Position numbers and translations under genes: made by a program
Notes under the pieces: model-generated
Seen by the model: the letters and a program-made list of their open reading frames with translations, nothing else
The model's database searches: none
Told to the model about the DNA's origin: nothing
From: Chiloscyllium plagiosum
Taxonomy: Eukaryota
Length of the DNA stretch: 52,591 bases
NCBI RefSeq assembly: GCF_004010195.1
Contig: NC_057718.1
Span: 74,992,289 to 75,044,879, forward strand
Reading direction: 5' to 3'
Shown here: piece after piece, positions 11,056 to 24,562 of the stretch
Position numbering within the stretch: position 1 is the stretch's first letter
How the letters are laid out: each line of letters starts with the position of its first letter

Positions 11056-12177
11056 CCTGCTATTGACACGCTCTACCAACTTCAGAGATCTGTGAATAAT
11101 TACCCCAAGATCCCTCTATTCCTCTAAGCTAACCAGGGTCATGCAATTCATCAAATACATCTTCATCTTGTTTCATTGTCCAAAGTGCATCACATCTCAC
11201 TTATCAGGGTCAAATACCATCTGCCAATGGTCTGCTCATCTGACCAATCCGTCTATACCTTACTGTAGCCAACAACCATCTTCTTCACTATTAGCCACGC
11301 TATCAATCTTGGTGTCATTTGTTAATTTGCTTAACATTCCCCCCACAGTTTTATCTATACCATTTATGTATATAACAAACAATAAGGGTTGCACTGGTAC
11401 AACACTGGACATTGGTCTCCAGTCATTCAAACAACCTTCTACCACTACCCTTTGTGTCTTTTTCCTAAGCCAGTTTCTGATCCATCTCACCAAGTCTCCA
11501 TCAACTCTATGTGCTTTAACCTTCTCAATCACTCTCTCATCTGGGAGCTTGTCAAGACCTTTGCTAAAATCCATAAAAACTACATTAACTGAACTTCCCT
11601 CATCCACACACACGATCACATTTTCAAAAGATGCGAACAAATTTTGTTGGGCATGACCTCTCTCTGACAAAGCCATGCTGACTATCCCTAATTAAGCCAT
11701 ACCTTTCCAAGTGGATATTAATTCACTCCTTCAGAATTTTCTCCAATTTCTTTTCCTCCCACTGATGTGAGACTCAACAGCCTGTAATTTCCTCATTCAT
11801 CTTTACCACCTTCTTAAAAAGTGGAACCATATTAAGTGTCTTCCAGTCCTCTAGCACTTGCACTCTGGATAAAGAGGAATGAAAAATTAATGTCAGAGCC
11901 CCTGCAATTTCCTGCCTTGCCTTTCTGCTTGCATCTGGAATGCAATTCATGTGGGCCAGGGGTTTTGGCTGTTTTTAAGATGGATGGAACATTTCCTATG
12001 TTAAACTGTGCAAATTCATCACAGCCCCTTTTCCTGAATTCCATACTCATGTTCTCCTTTTCCAGAGTGAAGACTAAAGAGTACTTATTCAATACCTTTC
12101 CAGTATCCTGTGTTTTCACAATGTGCCCCACTCTTTCCCTGGTTAACATTTTCTCTTCAATGTATTTATAAAATAAA

Positions 12178-12470
12178 GGCAGCACGGTGGCTCAGTGGTT
12201 AGCACTGCTGCCTCATAACACCAGGGCCCCAGGTTCAATTCCAGCCTCAGGCAACTGTGTGGAGTTTGCACATTCTCCCCGTGTCTGCATGGGTTTCCTC
12301 TGGGTGCTCTGGTTTCCTCCCGCAGGTCAGGTAAATTGGCCATGTTAAATTGCCCATAGTGTTAGGTGTATTAGTCAGAGGGAAATGGGTCTGGGTGGGT
12401 TACTCTTCGGAGGGTCAATGTGGACTGGTTGAGCCAAAGGGCCTGTTTCCACACTGTAGGGAATCTAATC
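12178..12470 (+). mobile_element. HE1 SINE with 9-bp TSD
   Basis: HE1 head, V-domain and tail; TATAAAATA at 12167-12175 and 12471-12479. Confidence 0.95.
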
Positions 12471-13556
12471 TATAAAATATCTCAGGATTCTCATTAATCC
12501 TGTTCACAAGTAGTTTCTGATGTCACCTTTTTGTTCTAATTGTTTTAAATTCCCTCTTGTATTTCCTGTATTCCTTTAGGATCATAGCTGATTTGCTCCC
12601 TTTGAACTTGCTAAAAGCCCTACTACTCTTTTTTACCCAGTCCTGAATTGTTCAAGTCATCCAGGGTTCTTTGAACTTATTGTTCGTAATAATGTTGGAC
12701 CTGTACTCTCCCCACATACTTTACGAATGTCTCTATTGCTGCACTGTAGACCAACCCGTAAGGAACTGTATTCAGTCTACTGTAGCCAGATCCTGTTTTA
12801 TTTTAATAAAATCTGTCTTCCCCCAATCAAGAGCCATCTTTTGAAAGTCACCTTTCTCCTTGTCGAGAACAAATTTGAACCATACCATGTTGTGGTTTCT
12901 ACCACCTAAATGTTCCCCCACTGCCATTTTGAATACTTCTCTGGTTTCTTTACCAGAACCAGATCCAGCACTATGCTGTCCCTTGTTGGGCCTTCTACAT
13001 ATTGGTACACCCTGGATATATTTCAAATTCATTATTATTATATTGTAAATTATAAATTCACTCAATCTCAATACTTAATTCTATGATTATCCCAATAACA
13101 ATGGAAAAGCTGAAATTACCCAGGATAATTCCCCAATTATTATTCTAATCCACCTTTATGAACTGTCTACATATTTACTCCTCTATTTCCTGATTACTTT
13201 TTGGGGGTCGATAATATAGACCCAGTAAAGTGGCTGCCCTCTTAACTTTCACAAGTTCTACTCACAAAGACTCGTTTGAGGACCCTTCCAAGATATCATC
13301 TCTCCTTATTGTAATATTTGGCTTCTTAATTAATAGTGCTCCACCACCATCTTGTTTACACCTCCCTCTGTTTCACCTAAAGATCCAATGCTATGGAATA
13401 TTGAGTTGCCAGTCCAGCCTTTCCCTCAATTATGTTTTTGTGATGGTAAGAATATCATACTTTCATGTGTCAATCTGTGCCATCAACTGATCAGTCTTAC
13501 CCATTACACTCCTAGCATTAAAGACCATCTAGCCTTGCCTTACTCTCTTGACACTT

Positions 13557-14697
13557 ATAGAGTCATAGCGTCATAGAGGTGCACAGCACTGAAACAGACC
13601 CTTCAGTCCAACTCGCCCATGCTGACCAGATATCTTAAACTAATCTCGTCCCTTTTGCCAGCACTTGGTCTATATCCCTCTAAACCCTTCCTATTCATAT
13701 ACCCATCCAGATGCCTTTTAAATGTTATAATTGTACCAGCCTCCACCACTTCCTCTGGCAGCTCATTCCATAAATGCACCACGGTGTGCGTGAAAAAGTT
13801 GCCCCTCAGGTCCATTTCAAATCTTTCTCCTCTCACCCTGAACCTATACCCTCTAGTTCTGGACTCCCCCACCCCAGGGAAAAGACCTTGACTATTTAAC
13901 CAATCCTTGCCCCTCATTATTTTATAAACTCCTATAAGGTCACACCTCAGCCTCCGATGCTCTGGGAAAACAGCCCCAGCCTATTCAACCTCTCCCTATA
14001 GCTCAAACCCTCCAACCCTGGCAACTTGCATTTAAATCTTTTCTGTACCTTTTCATGTTTCACAACATCCTTCCGATAAGGAGGAGACCAGAATTGCACA
14101 CAATATTTGAAAACTGGCCTAACAAATGTCCTGCTGCAACATGACCCCCCAAATCCTGTACTCAATGCTCTGACTAAAAAAGGAAAGCGTACCAAATGCC
14201 TTCTTCGCTATCCTATCTACCTGTGACTCCACTTTCAACGAACTTGCATCCTGTCTGTTCAGCAACACTCCCCAGGGCCTTACCGTTAAGTATATAAGTC
14301 CTGTTCTAATTTGCTTTTCCAAAATGCAGCACCTCACATTATCTAAATTAAACTCCATCTGCCACTCCTCAGCCCATTAGCCAATCTGATCAAGATCCCA
14401 TTGAAATCTGAGGCAACTTTCTTCGCTATCCACTATATCTTCAATTTTGGTGTCATCTGCAAACTTACTATCTATACCTCTTATGTTCACATCCAAATCA
14501 TTTATATAAATGACAAAACAACAGTGGAGCCTGCACTGATTCTTGTGGCACTCCACTGGTCATAGGCTTCCAGTCTGAAAAGAAACCCTCCACCATCACC
14601 CTCTGTCTTCTACATTCAAGCTAGTTCTGCATTCAATTGGTTAGTTCTCCCTGTATTCCATGAAATCTAACCTTGCTAACCCATTTAACATGGGTGA
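13557..14697 (-). mobile_element. 5'-truncated CR1 nested in the older CR1
   Basis: SRTRGYRFRVRGERF, YCVQFWSP and KFADDTK. Same family as 2640-3435. Confidence 0.93.
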
Positions 14698-14895
14698 ACT
14701 CACTGTGAACTTGCTTCCTTGGTCGTAGCATAATGTGTCACTGTTTCATCGATGTTCTGTGTCCTCTCCCCCTGCTGGATTAGCTTGAACTCCTCCCAAT
14801 AGCACTAACAAATCGACCTATATAGATGTTAGTCCCAACGTGGTTCAAGTGCAGACTGTCCTGTTTGTACATGTCCCAATTTCCCCAGAAATACT

Positions 14896-15234
14896 TAATT
14901 AGATTAGATTAGATTACTTACAGATTAGATTACTTACAGTGTGGAAACAGGCCCTTCGGCCCAACAAGTCCACACCGACCCGCCGAAGCGTAACCCACCC
15001 ATACCCCTACATTTACCCCTTTACCTAACACTACGGGCAATTTAGCATGGCCAATTCACCTGACTTGCACATCTTTGGACTGTGGGAGGAAACCGGAGCC
15101 CCCGGAGGAAACCCACGCAGACACGGGGAGAACGTGCAAACTCCACACAGTCAGTCGCCTGAGTCGGGAATTGAACCCGGGTCTCTGGCGCTGCGAGGCA
15201 GCAGTGCTAACCACTGTGCCACCGTGCCGCCCAC
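14896..15234 (-). mobile_element. Young HE1 SINE
   Basis: CpG-rich HE1 with expanded (AATCT)n tail; ATACT duplicated at 14891-14895 and 15236-15240. Confidence 0.96.
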
Positions 15235-16449
15235 TATACTCCCAGTGATTCAGGAAACTTAAACCCTCCCTTTTGCATCAATTCTTGAGCCATGCATTCA
15301 TCTGTCCTATTTTCTATTGCTAAACCTGCTAGTTTAGCACCAGAAGTAATCCTGAGAGTACAACTATTGAGGGCCTGCTTTTTAATCGACTGTCTAGCTC
15401 CCTGAATTCTTGATGCAACACTTAATTCTTCACTTTGCCCATATCATTGGTATCAATATGTACTATGACCTCTAACTCATCATCCTCCACTTTCAGGGTG
15501 TCCTGCAGCCATTCTGTGACATTCCTGACCCTAGCACAAGGGAGGCAATGCACCATCCTGTTGTCATGTCTTCGGCAACAAAAATGCCTGTCTGCTCCCT
15601 TGACTAAAGAATCCCCTAACTCTATTGCTCTTCCTTTCTTTTTTCTCCTCCTCTGTACAGTCAAGCTGCTTGTGATGCCAGAAGTTTGTCATTTGTTGGA
15701 CTCCTTCGCGGTACCAGCATCCTCATCAGCTTCCAAAATGGAATACCAGTTAGTGAGTGGGACCTCAGGGGACTCCTGCACTACCTGCCTGTTCTCTCTG
15801 TTCTGTATGATGGTCACCCATTCTCTTCTTTCCTGTAGTCCCTTTGTGAACACCTCTCCATGTAATTCTCAGTTTTGTGAAGTGTTTGCAAGCGCTGCTC
15901 AAACTCCAAGACCGCGACCTCCAGCTTTTGCAACTGAGAGCACCTCCTGCACATGTGGTCATCTCGAACCCCGCCGCCCCCCACATGACAAGTTGCACAT
16001 TCCACTTGGTTGGCCTCTCCTGACATCTCTTAAACTTACAATTTACGCTTCAGTTTAGAATTAATAGTCTTATTTTATTAGACTTTCTACTCTATCACTA
16101 AGATTATGAAACGGTTAACTGTAACAAAGTTCTCATTGCTCTAAAACTGTAGGTTAAGAAGGGGTTAACCAGGAATAGTCACCTATCAGTCTGGAGCGTT
16201 TCTCACCTTTTAAAGTTATGACATCAACAGGAGCTGCACTGAAGATTGTCGTGGTGTCTTTCCCGACCTCCTGGCTGCTGCTGCTCCTCTGAGATAAGTG
16301 CCCTGTAAAGACTAGGCCTGAATCTGCACTATGTTGAATTTATAGGCTTAACAGTTACTGTGTTTTTCTCCACCTCCCAGCTGCTGCTGTGGGGTTTCCT
16401 AACTGCTGTTCCAAGATAGGTGCCCTCTATAGACTAGTCCCCAAAATGA

Positions 16450-16510
16450 CAGTTGAACCCAGAACCTCTGGCCCAGAGACAAGACACTTCCACTACACCA
16501 CAAAAGTCCT
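16450..16510 (-). mobile_element. Head of short tRNA-derived SINE
   Basis: Reverse complement gtggtgtagtggaagtgtc..ctgggttcaac (A-box and B-box). Confidence 0.55.
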
Positions 16511-17160
16511 CACTGCAGATAGAACAAAATAACTAGACATTAATTTTCACCTGCTGAATGGTTTCAAAAGAAAACCAATTTTCAGGACTTTGCCGTTTAC
16601 ACATGTAATGAAATTTGTACTACTGATTCAACTTGTAACGGTCTGACCATTGGGAAGAGTTCATTTAATTATCCTCTGTAAGTGTCCGGTTTGGTATTTG
16701 CTATTGCGAAGCAGAGCTATGATCTCCAGTTTCCGATGTGACATTTTCTAAACTGTATAAAGACATCTTTCATGTGATATCCAACAAAAGATGCAGTGAA
16801 ACAGTATTTGAAATGTATAAATTTGGGCCTTTGTTACGTATTGTATGTTTCAAATATTGCATGATTGCTTTCCTCCTTTCTACTTCTTTGTCATACCTTA
16901 TAATGAATTTGTTAGTTTTATCTTGAACATAATCATGTGACGTAATATTAATTATCATTCTATGCTGACAGAAAAATGTGTTGGTTTTCTTATATGACTT
17001 CTGACACACTGTTTTCAAAGACGATGACTTGAGATGTAGCACGCCACCTCAATCAGATTGCATGGGGCACAGACTTCAGATTCTACTTACAGAATTTGCG
17101 TTTCACTGTGAGGGAATGTGATCATCAGAAAGTAACACGACATTTGAATATTTTGAATAT

Positions 17161-17452
17161 ATGGAGTCAGCTATTACGAGGGGGCATAGCTTTAAATTAA
17201 GAGGTGGTAGGTATAGGACAGATGTTAGGGGTAGGTTCTTTACTCAGCGAGTCGTGAGTTCATGGAATGCACTGCCAGTAGCAGTGGTGGACTCTCCCTC
17301 TTTATGGGCATTTAAGCGGGCATTGGATAGGCATATGGAGGATAGTGGGCTAGTGTAGGTTAGGTGGGCTTGGATCGGCGCAACATCGAGGGCCAAAGGG
17401 CCTGTATTGTGCCGTATTCTTCTATGTTCTATGTTCTATGTTCTATGTTCTA
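17161..17452 (+). mobile_element. Young 5'-truncated CR1 3' end
   Basis: MESAITRGHSFKLRGGRYRTDVRGRFFTQRVV..WNALP and a (TTCTATG)n tail. Confidence 0.95.
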
Positions 17453-18249
17453 TAACAGGATAAATGTAGGAGAATACTTAGGAGGAATGGATTTCCTGGT
17501 TCTGATGTAGACTAATTAATACAGATTGCAATGCTCCAAAATAATTACATCATGCGACCTTCAGAATATTACAGGCTAACTAGAAGACCATGGGCCTGTT
17601 TGTTCAGCAATTCCAATTCAATTACTTGTAATTAGCTGAACATATCAATGGGCAGGGGTGAGGGCATTACCATGAGTGACTGGTTCCAGTTAAAAACCAG
17701 CTTTTTCAACTTAAAACTAATTGTACCTCTTAAAGGCAAAATGCTGGAATTATGGCACAGAGAAAATTTGATGAGAAAATATTGAAGAATGGAACAGCAA
17801 AGGAGAAAGTGAATTCTAAGTATTCTAGTTGCTGAACTGGCTGCTTTTAATGAAGGAATTGAAAGAGGTAAGCAGCAACCTAGAAGGCCTCAGGACATTG
17901 ATTTCTTATGCTGGGAAAAAGAAACTTCACTTAACATGCTAGGGGATGCTAATAATGGAGAATAGAACACATTTTTTGTGTGCACCAAGTGCCAGCATCA
18001 AGATTGAAGGTTCTTTTGTTTTGATTCCTTTTCACCTAGTACTGGTAGAACGTACATCTCCGTAACACTTGTTATGACTGTTGGACATATGGTGGTCATG
18101 TTTTAAACTATCTAATTTAATTCAAGGGAACATTGAGTAGTGGGGGAATGGGATCCCCTATTAAATCTGCACAGACAAACCAATGTAACCCGCTTATCAT
18201 TAAGGTAGCAATTCAAATTGAAGTTTATTCAAAGACAGGTGCACATTTT

Positions 18250-20725
18250 AATAGAGTTGTAGAGTCATGGAGATGTATAGCACAGAAAAGTCCCATTTGC
18301 CAGCACTAGGCTCATATACCTCTAATCCCTTTCCATCCAGATGCCTTTTAAATTTTGTAATTGTACCAGCCTCCACCACTTTCTCTGGCAGCTGATTCCA
18401 TACAAGCACCACTGTATGTGTGAAAAAGTTATTCCTTAGGTACATTTTATATCTTTCCCCTCTCACCTGAAAGCTATGCCCTCTAGTTCTGGACTCGTTC
18501 ACCCCAGGGAAAAGACTTTGTCTATTTATCCTATCCATGCCCCTCACGATTTTATAAATCTCTATAAAGTCACCCCTCAGCCTCCAAAGCTCCAGGGAAA
18601 ACAAACCCAGCCCATTCAGCCTCTCTCTGTAGCTCAAATTGTCCAACCCTGGCAACATCCTTGTAAAATTTTTTCTAAACCCCCTCATGTTTCACAACAA
18701 CCTTCTGTTAAGAGGGAGACCAGAATTGTATACAATATTCCAAAAGTGGCCTAACCAATGTCCTGTTGCAACATGACCTCCCAACTGCTATACTCAATGC
18801 TGTGTCCAATAAAGGAAAGCATACCAAATGCCTTCTTTACTATCCTATCTACTTGTAACTCTACTTTCAAGGAACTATGAACCCGCAATCCAAGGTCTCT
18901 TTGTTCAGCAACAGTCTCCAGGACCTTACCAGTAAGTGTATAAGTCCTGCTATGATTTGCCTTTCCAAAATGCAGCACCTCACGTTTATCTAAATTAAAC
19001 TCCATCTGCCACTCCTCAGCCCATTTGCCCATCTGATCAAGATCCTGTTGTATCCTGAAGTAACCTTCTTCGATGTCCACTACACCTCCAATTTTAGTGT
19101 CATCTGCAAACTTACTAACTGTGCCTCTTATGCTCTCATCCAAATCATTTATGTAAATGATGAAAAGCAGTGGAAAAAGCACTGATCCTTGTGGCACTCC
19201 ACTGGTCACAGGCCTCCAGTCTGAAAAACAACCCTCCATCACCACCCTCTGTCTTCTACCTTCAAGCTAGTTCTGTATCCAAATGGCTAGTTCTCCCTGT
19301 ATACCATGTGATTTAACCTTGCTAACTAGTCTACCATGAGGAACCTGGTTGAACGCCTTACTGACGTCCATGTAGATCACATCCACTGCTCTGTCCTCAT
19401 CAATCCTCTTCGTTACTTCATCAAAAAATTCAATCAAGTTAGTGAGACATAATTTACCAAGCACAAAGCCATGTTGACTATCCCTAATCAGTCCTTGCCT
19501 TTCCAAATACATGTACATCCTGTCCCTCAGGATTCCCACAACAACTTGCTCAGGTCAGGCTCACTGGTCTATAGTTCCCTGACTTTTTCTTGCCATCTTT
19601 CTTAAACAGTGACACCACGTTAGCCAACCTCCAGTCTTCCGGCACCTCACCTGTGACTATCGATGATACAATTATCTCAGCAAGAGACCCGGCAATCACT
19701 TTCCTAGCTTCCCACAGAGTTCTGGGGTACACCTGATCAGGTCCTGGGGAGTTTTCCATTTTTATCTGTTTTAAGACATCCAACACCCCGTCCTCTGTAA
19801 TATGAACATTTTTCAAGACGTCACCATCTATTTCTGCACATTCTCCACAGTAAATACTGACACAAATTACTCATTTAGTATCGCTCCCATCTCCTGTGGT
19901 TCCACACAAAGGTTGCCTTGCTGATCTGTGAGGGGCCCTATTCTCTCCCTAGTTACCCTTTTGTCCTTAATATACTTATAAGATCCCTTTGATTCTCCTT
20001 AACCCTATTTGTCAAAGCTATTCATGTCCCCTTTTTGCAGTCCTGGTTTCTCTCTTTAAGTATATTTCTAATACCTTTATACTCTTTTAAGGATTCACTC
20101 AATCTCTGCTGTCTATACCTGACATGTGCTTCCTTCTTTTTCTTAACCAAAACCTCAATTTCTCTAGTCATCCAGCATTCCCTACACCTACCAACCTTGC
20201 CTTTCACCCTAACAGGAACATACTGTCTCTGGGCTTTTATTATCTCATTTTTGAAAGCTTCCCATTTTCCAGCTGTCCCTTTATCTGCCCCCAGTCAACT
20301 TTTGGAAGTTCTTGCCTAATACCGTTAAAATTGGCCTTCCTCCAATTTAGAACTTCAACTTTTAGATCTGATCTATCCTTTTCCATCACTATTATAAAAC
20401 TAATAGAATTATGGTCACTGGCCCCAAAGTGCTCCCCCACTGACATCTTGGTCACCTACCCTGCTTTATTTTCCAAATGTTGGACAGGTTTTGTACCTTC
20501 TCTAGTAGGTATATCCACATATTGAATCAGAAAATTTTCTTGTACACACTTAACAAATTCCTCTCTAACCCCTTAACACTATGGTAGTCCCAGTCTATGT
20601 CTGGAAAGTTAAAATCTCCTACCATAACCACCCTATTATTCCTATAGATAACTGAGATCACCTTACAAACCTCTTTCTCAATTTCCCGCTGACTGTTGGG
20701 TGGGTCGATAGTAAAATCCCTATAC
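18250..20725 (-). mobile_element. CR1 LINE, ~2.5 kb of disrupted ORF2 (endonuclease end through RT and 3'UTR)
   Basis: [70 protein letters not shown]. Confidence 0.96.
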
Positions 20726-20792
20726 AAAGTAAGAAAGCAGCTCACTTTACTTTTGCCCATGTCCTTAAGGTCAGAATGAGAATTTTGAGGAA

Positions 20793-20895
20793 GAAATGGG
20801 TCTGGGTGAGTTCCTCTTTGGAGGGTCGGTGTGGACTTGTTGGGCCGAAGGGCCTGTTTCCACACTATAAGTAATCTAATCTAATCTAAAAAAAA
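20793..20895 (+). mobile_element. HE1 SINE 3' fragment
   Basis: gggtcggtgtggacttgttgggccgaagggcctgtttccacact..(AATCT)3 followed by an A run. Confidence 0.9.
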
Positions 20896-21023
20896 GTCAC
20901 AACAAAATGCTGTTAGGCCAGGAAGAAACAAAAACTGGCTTGGGGGTAACCACTGAGGAAACCATCCATGTGGACAGGATTCCTGTTTAAGGAAGCAAAA
21001 ATTGTGAAGGACTTAAAGACTAC

Positions 21024-21259
21024 TGAAATAACTCCACGGAGATTGGTATCCCGTCACCAAGTCAGCCTTTATTTATATGTGGAGAGTCAATGACACTGAT
21101 CCAACTCCTTCAGAGCCAGCCATTAGAGTCAACAGAACCTCTGACACTCCTGTTTATATCTGTCAGCCAGGGCTCCCTGATTGGACCAGATTAACAGCCC
21201 CAACTAAGGAACTCATATTTTATGATGTCCACATGGCTGGCCTTGTTACAATCATTGCA
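21024..21259 (-). mobile_element. Solo LTR (236 bp)
   Basis: TG..CA termini. On the minus strand CCAAT, GATATAAA and AATAAA occur in LTR order. A partial related copy lies at ~48580-48640. Confidence 0.7.
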
Positions 21260-21302
21260 GCCATAAAATCATCGTGGGTATCTTGCAATGGAAAATCCAC
21301 TG

Positions 21303-21606
21303 ATTATAGATTCCCTACGATGTGGAAACGGCCCTTTGGCCCAACCAGCCCACGCCAACCCTCTGAAGAGTAACCCACGCAGACCCATTTCCCTCTGACT
21401 AATTGACCTAACACTATGGGGCAATTTAGCATGACCAATTCACCTGACCTGCACATCTTTGGACTGTGGGAGGAAACTGGAACACCCGGAGGAAACCCAC
21501 ACAGACACGGGGAGAATGTGCAAACTCCACACAGACAGTCACCCAAGCCTGGAATCGAAAGTGAGACCCTGGTGCTCTGACGCAGCAGTGCTAACCACTG
21601 AGCCAC
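21303..21606 (-). mobile_element. HE1 SINE
   Basis: HE1 head, V-domain and tail. Confidence 0.94.
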
Positions 21607-21689
21607 AATATTCAAAGGATTGAGTGGCCTATTAAGACACCTTCAGTTCACTATTGACCATTAAAGCAATGGAAGATATCATTAATAGT

Positions 21690-22800
21690 CTTATCAAGCA
21701 GCAGCTGCTCAGCAATAACCTGTTCAATGATGCCCAGTTTGGGTTCTGCCAGGGCAACTCACTTCCTGTCTTCATTACAGCCTTGGATTACACATAGATA
21801 AAAGAGCTGAATTTCAGAGTTCAGGTAAGAGTGACAGCTCTTGACATCAACACTGTGTGGCATCAAGGAGCCCTAGCAAAACTGGAAGCAGTAGGTATCA
21901 GGGGACAGACTCTTTAGTGGTTGGAGTGATATCTGGTGCATAGGAAGTCATCTCAGCTCCAGGACATCTCCGCCAGAGTTCTTCAGGATAGTGTCCTCGA
22001 CTCAACTATCTTCAGCTCCTTCATCATTGACCTTCCCCCATCATAAAGTCAGAAGTGGGGATGTTCGCTGATGATTGCACAATGTTCAGCACCATTAATA
22101 ACTCCTCAGATACTGAAGCAGTCCATGTTCAAATGAAACAAGATCTGGACAAAATCCAGGATTAGGCTGACAAATGGCAAGTGATATTTGTGTCACACAA
22201 ATGTCAGGCTATTACTATCACCAATAAGAGACAACCTAACTACATTCAATGGGGTGTTATCATCACTGAAACCCCCACTACAACATCATAGGGGTTATTG
22301 CTGACCAGAAACTCAAATTGACTCGCCACATAAACACAATGGCTACAAGAGCAGGTCAGAGGCTAGGAATACTATGGCGAGTGACTCACCTCCTGACTCC
22401 CAAAAGCCTGTCCACCATTTATAAGGCACAAGTCAGGAAGGTGATGGAATATTCTCCACTTTCCTGCATGAGGGCAGCTCCAACAACATTCAAGAAGCTT
22501 GACACCATCCAGGACAAAGCAGCCTGTTTGATTGATATTAAATCGACAGGCATCCATTTCCTCTCTCATCGAAGCTCAGGAACAGCAGTGTGTCCTCTGT
22601 ACAAGATGCTCTGCAGAAATTCACTAAAGATCTTCAGACAGCAACTTCTAAATCTTTGGTCACTTCCATCCAGAAGGACAAGGGCAGCAGATACATTAGA
22701 ACACCACCTCCTTCAAGTTCCTCTCTAAATCACTCACCATCCTGACTTGGAAATACATTATCATTCTTTCACTGTAGGCCAGCCAGCAATGCCTACAACC
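21690..22800 (+). mobile_element. Non-LTR retrotransposon RT and 3' end (CR1/L2-group)
   Basis: DAQFGFCQG, QDSVLDSTIFSSFIIDLP, GMFADDCTMF, STIYKAQVRKVMEYSPL. Confidence 0.88.
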
Positions 22801-23494
22801 CACAAATTTTTTTTTACACTTGAACTCTGTTTAAATGCACACTAGAAGTTCCACCCTCAAAAAGGAAGAGATTCGCTCCAGCAAGAGAACCGATCCTTTT
22901 CGAGTTGGGCTTTTAATTTTAAGCTCAAGAATACACTGTCCATGAAGAGTGGCATGTAACGTTTAAATGCAGAGCTAGGTTTGTGGTTATATTAAAAAGT
23001 TTCAAGTAAATGCCTTTTCTCTAATTTAATTTATTTGATCCATACTAAGTAGTGTTTAGTGTATGATTGCTTCAAAGTATTTGTTTCAATAAACATTGTA
23101 AAATGTGAAACTTTGAGACGGTCACTGAGAAATGCATGCTTCTTTTCAGCAGTCAACTGTCTAAGTGATTATTTACATGCTTCTAATTCCCGTACTAGTC
23201 AGTGTGTTTCCTTGTTAATCATTTTGTAAATTAGTCATTCATCGAGGGATGTTTGTTTTTCTGAAAGCTAATAACAACCAGGAACTGTTTGACACATCAC
23301 ATTGAATCTTTACACTTAACAGAAAGATGTTCATCCCACCATTTTGGTCTGAATTTATATTAAGGTGCCAAAGATGAAAGCTGCTCTATTTCCTGCTGTT
23401 GCACCTCCAGCTTTGATCTTGAGGGCAAATCAAGTAAAATACAAAGTTTTATCAGAACTTATTCACTAAATGTACTGCTAGAACTACATTTATT

Positions 23495-24050
23495 ATGCAT
23501 CCTCAACTGTCTTTGAGAAGAAAGTGATAAGTTCCTTTCTTAAACCACTATTGACTATGTATACCCGCAGTGCTGTTAGAAAGTGAGTTTCAGGAATTTA
23601 ACCCCAAAATAATGAAGCAATGGTGATGCAGTTCAAGTCATGACTGAGTATGACTTGGAGAGGAACTTGCAGGTGTTCACATGCACCTACTGCCCTTATT
23701 CTTTGCGCTGGTAGAGATTGTACATTTGTGACATTAGAGATTGTACAGTTTTGGAACATGCTGTCAAAGGAGCTTAGGTGAGTTGCTGCAGTGCAATTTG
23801 TAGTTGGTACACTGCTGCCATAATGTATCAGTTGTGGAGCAAGTCCATATTTCTTCGTAGCTGGTGTTGAGCTTCCAGATTGTTATTGGAGCTTCACTCA
23901 TTAGGCAAATGGAAATCATTCCATCACTTTTCTGACCTGAGCCTTACAGATGGATATGATTTGAGGAATTATGTGTATTGAATTCACCATTGAATTCCTC
24001 AACTCTGACCTACTCTTGTGATGATTTAAGTATGTGGCTGGTCCAACTCA
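23495..24050 (-). mobile_element. Old 3' fragment of the same LINE family as 21690-22800
   Basis: Antisense similarity (gacttggagaggaacttgcaggtg..tgttattggagcttcactcattaggcaaatgga). Confidence 0.75.
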
Positions 24051-24469
24051 ATTGGTAGTTAATTATACTTCCAAATAAATACTTGCAATTATAAATAATA
24101 TCTGCTGAACATAATTTGCAAATATGAAAATACAAATAATTTCATTGACTTATTCCAAAAGTACCTAAAGCCATTACTATCTGCTACATTATCATGTACA
24201 AATATGTGATCAGTGATTGCATCCAGGAAATTGTAGCCACAATAAATAGCTTAACAGGATATGCATTAACTTTGATTTAAATCAATAGGTCCAATTACCA
24301 ACATCTGGCATTTCCATAGGTACAAATTACCTTTATATATTCGCTTTTCTGAGGCTCAATGAGGTAGAATTTAATGTTCAAATTGAATAATCTGGTTGTT
24401 GGATGTTCCTCAAGAGGCCTAAGCCCTTTCTGTTCTTCTGTTGAATATTTTCCTAACCACGCTGTAATG

Positions 24470-24562
24470 CAATGTTATTACACAACTCTGGAGCAAGTGG
24501 CAATTGAACTTGGGTCTCTTGGCTCAGAGGTAGGTATACTACCGCTGCTTCCCAACAGTCCT
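24470..24562 (-). mobile_element. Short tRNA-derived SINE
   Basis: ttgaacttgggtctcttggctcagaggtaggtatactaccgctgc is the reverse complement of the family head. Confidence 0.6.

Larger units (their letters stand above)
10013..16440 (-). mobile_element. Old near-full-length CR1 LINE carrying nested insertions
   Basis: Collinear pieces: 3'UTR at ~10013; RT (VDEGSSVNVVFMDFSK, WIRNWL, 11260-11676); endonuclease (VGEHLG..HNMV, ~12800-13520); ORF1 esterase (LGDSLVKGADRHFC..HIDTND, 15422-15664); zinc finger (VECATC..MCRRCSQLQKLE, 15814-16026). The 5' limit is approximate. Confidence 0.85.

Noticed and set aside
14896..14940. Short repeat arrays (AGATT, TTCTATG, GATTT) as CRISPR-like or satellite structures
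   Set aside because: They are the microsatellite 3' tails of HE1, CR1 and Rex elements and have no spacers.
15435..16058. 207-aa plus-strand ORF
   Set aside because: It is the antisense shadow of CR1 ORF1. The same applies to 518-910, 1591-2007, 2783-3349 and 11141-11656.
16770..17042. 90-aa minus-strand ORF in unique DNA
   Set aside because: No recognisable motif or supporting splice signals; the length is compatible with chance.
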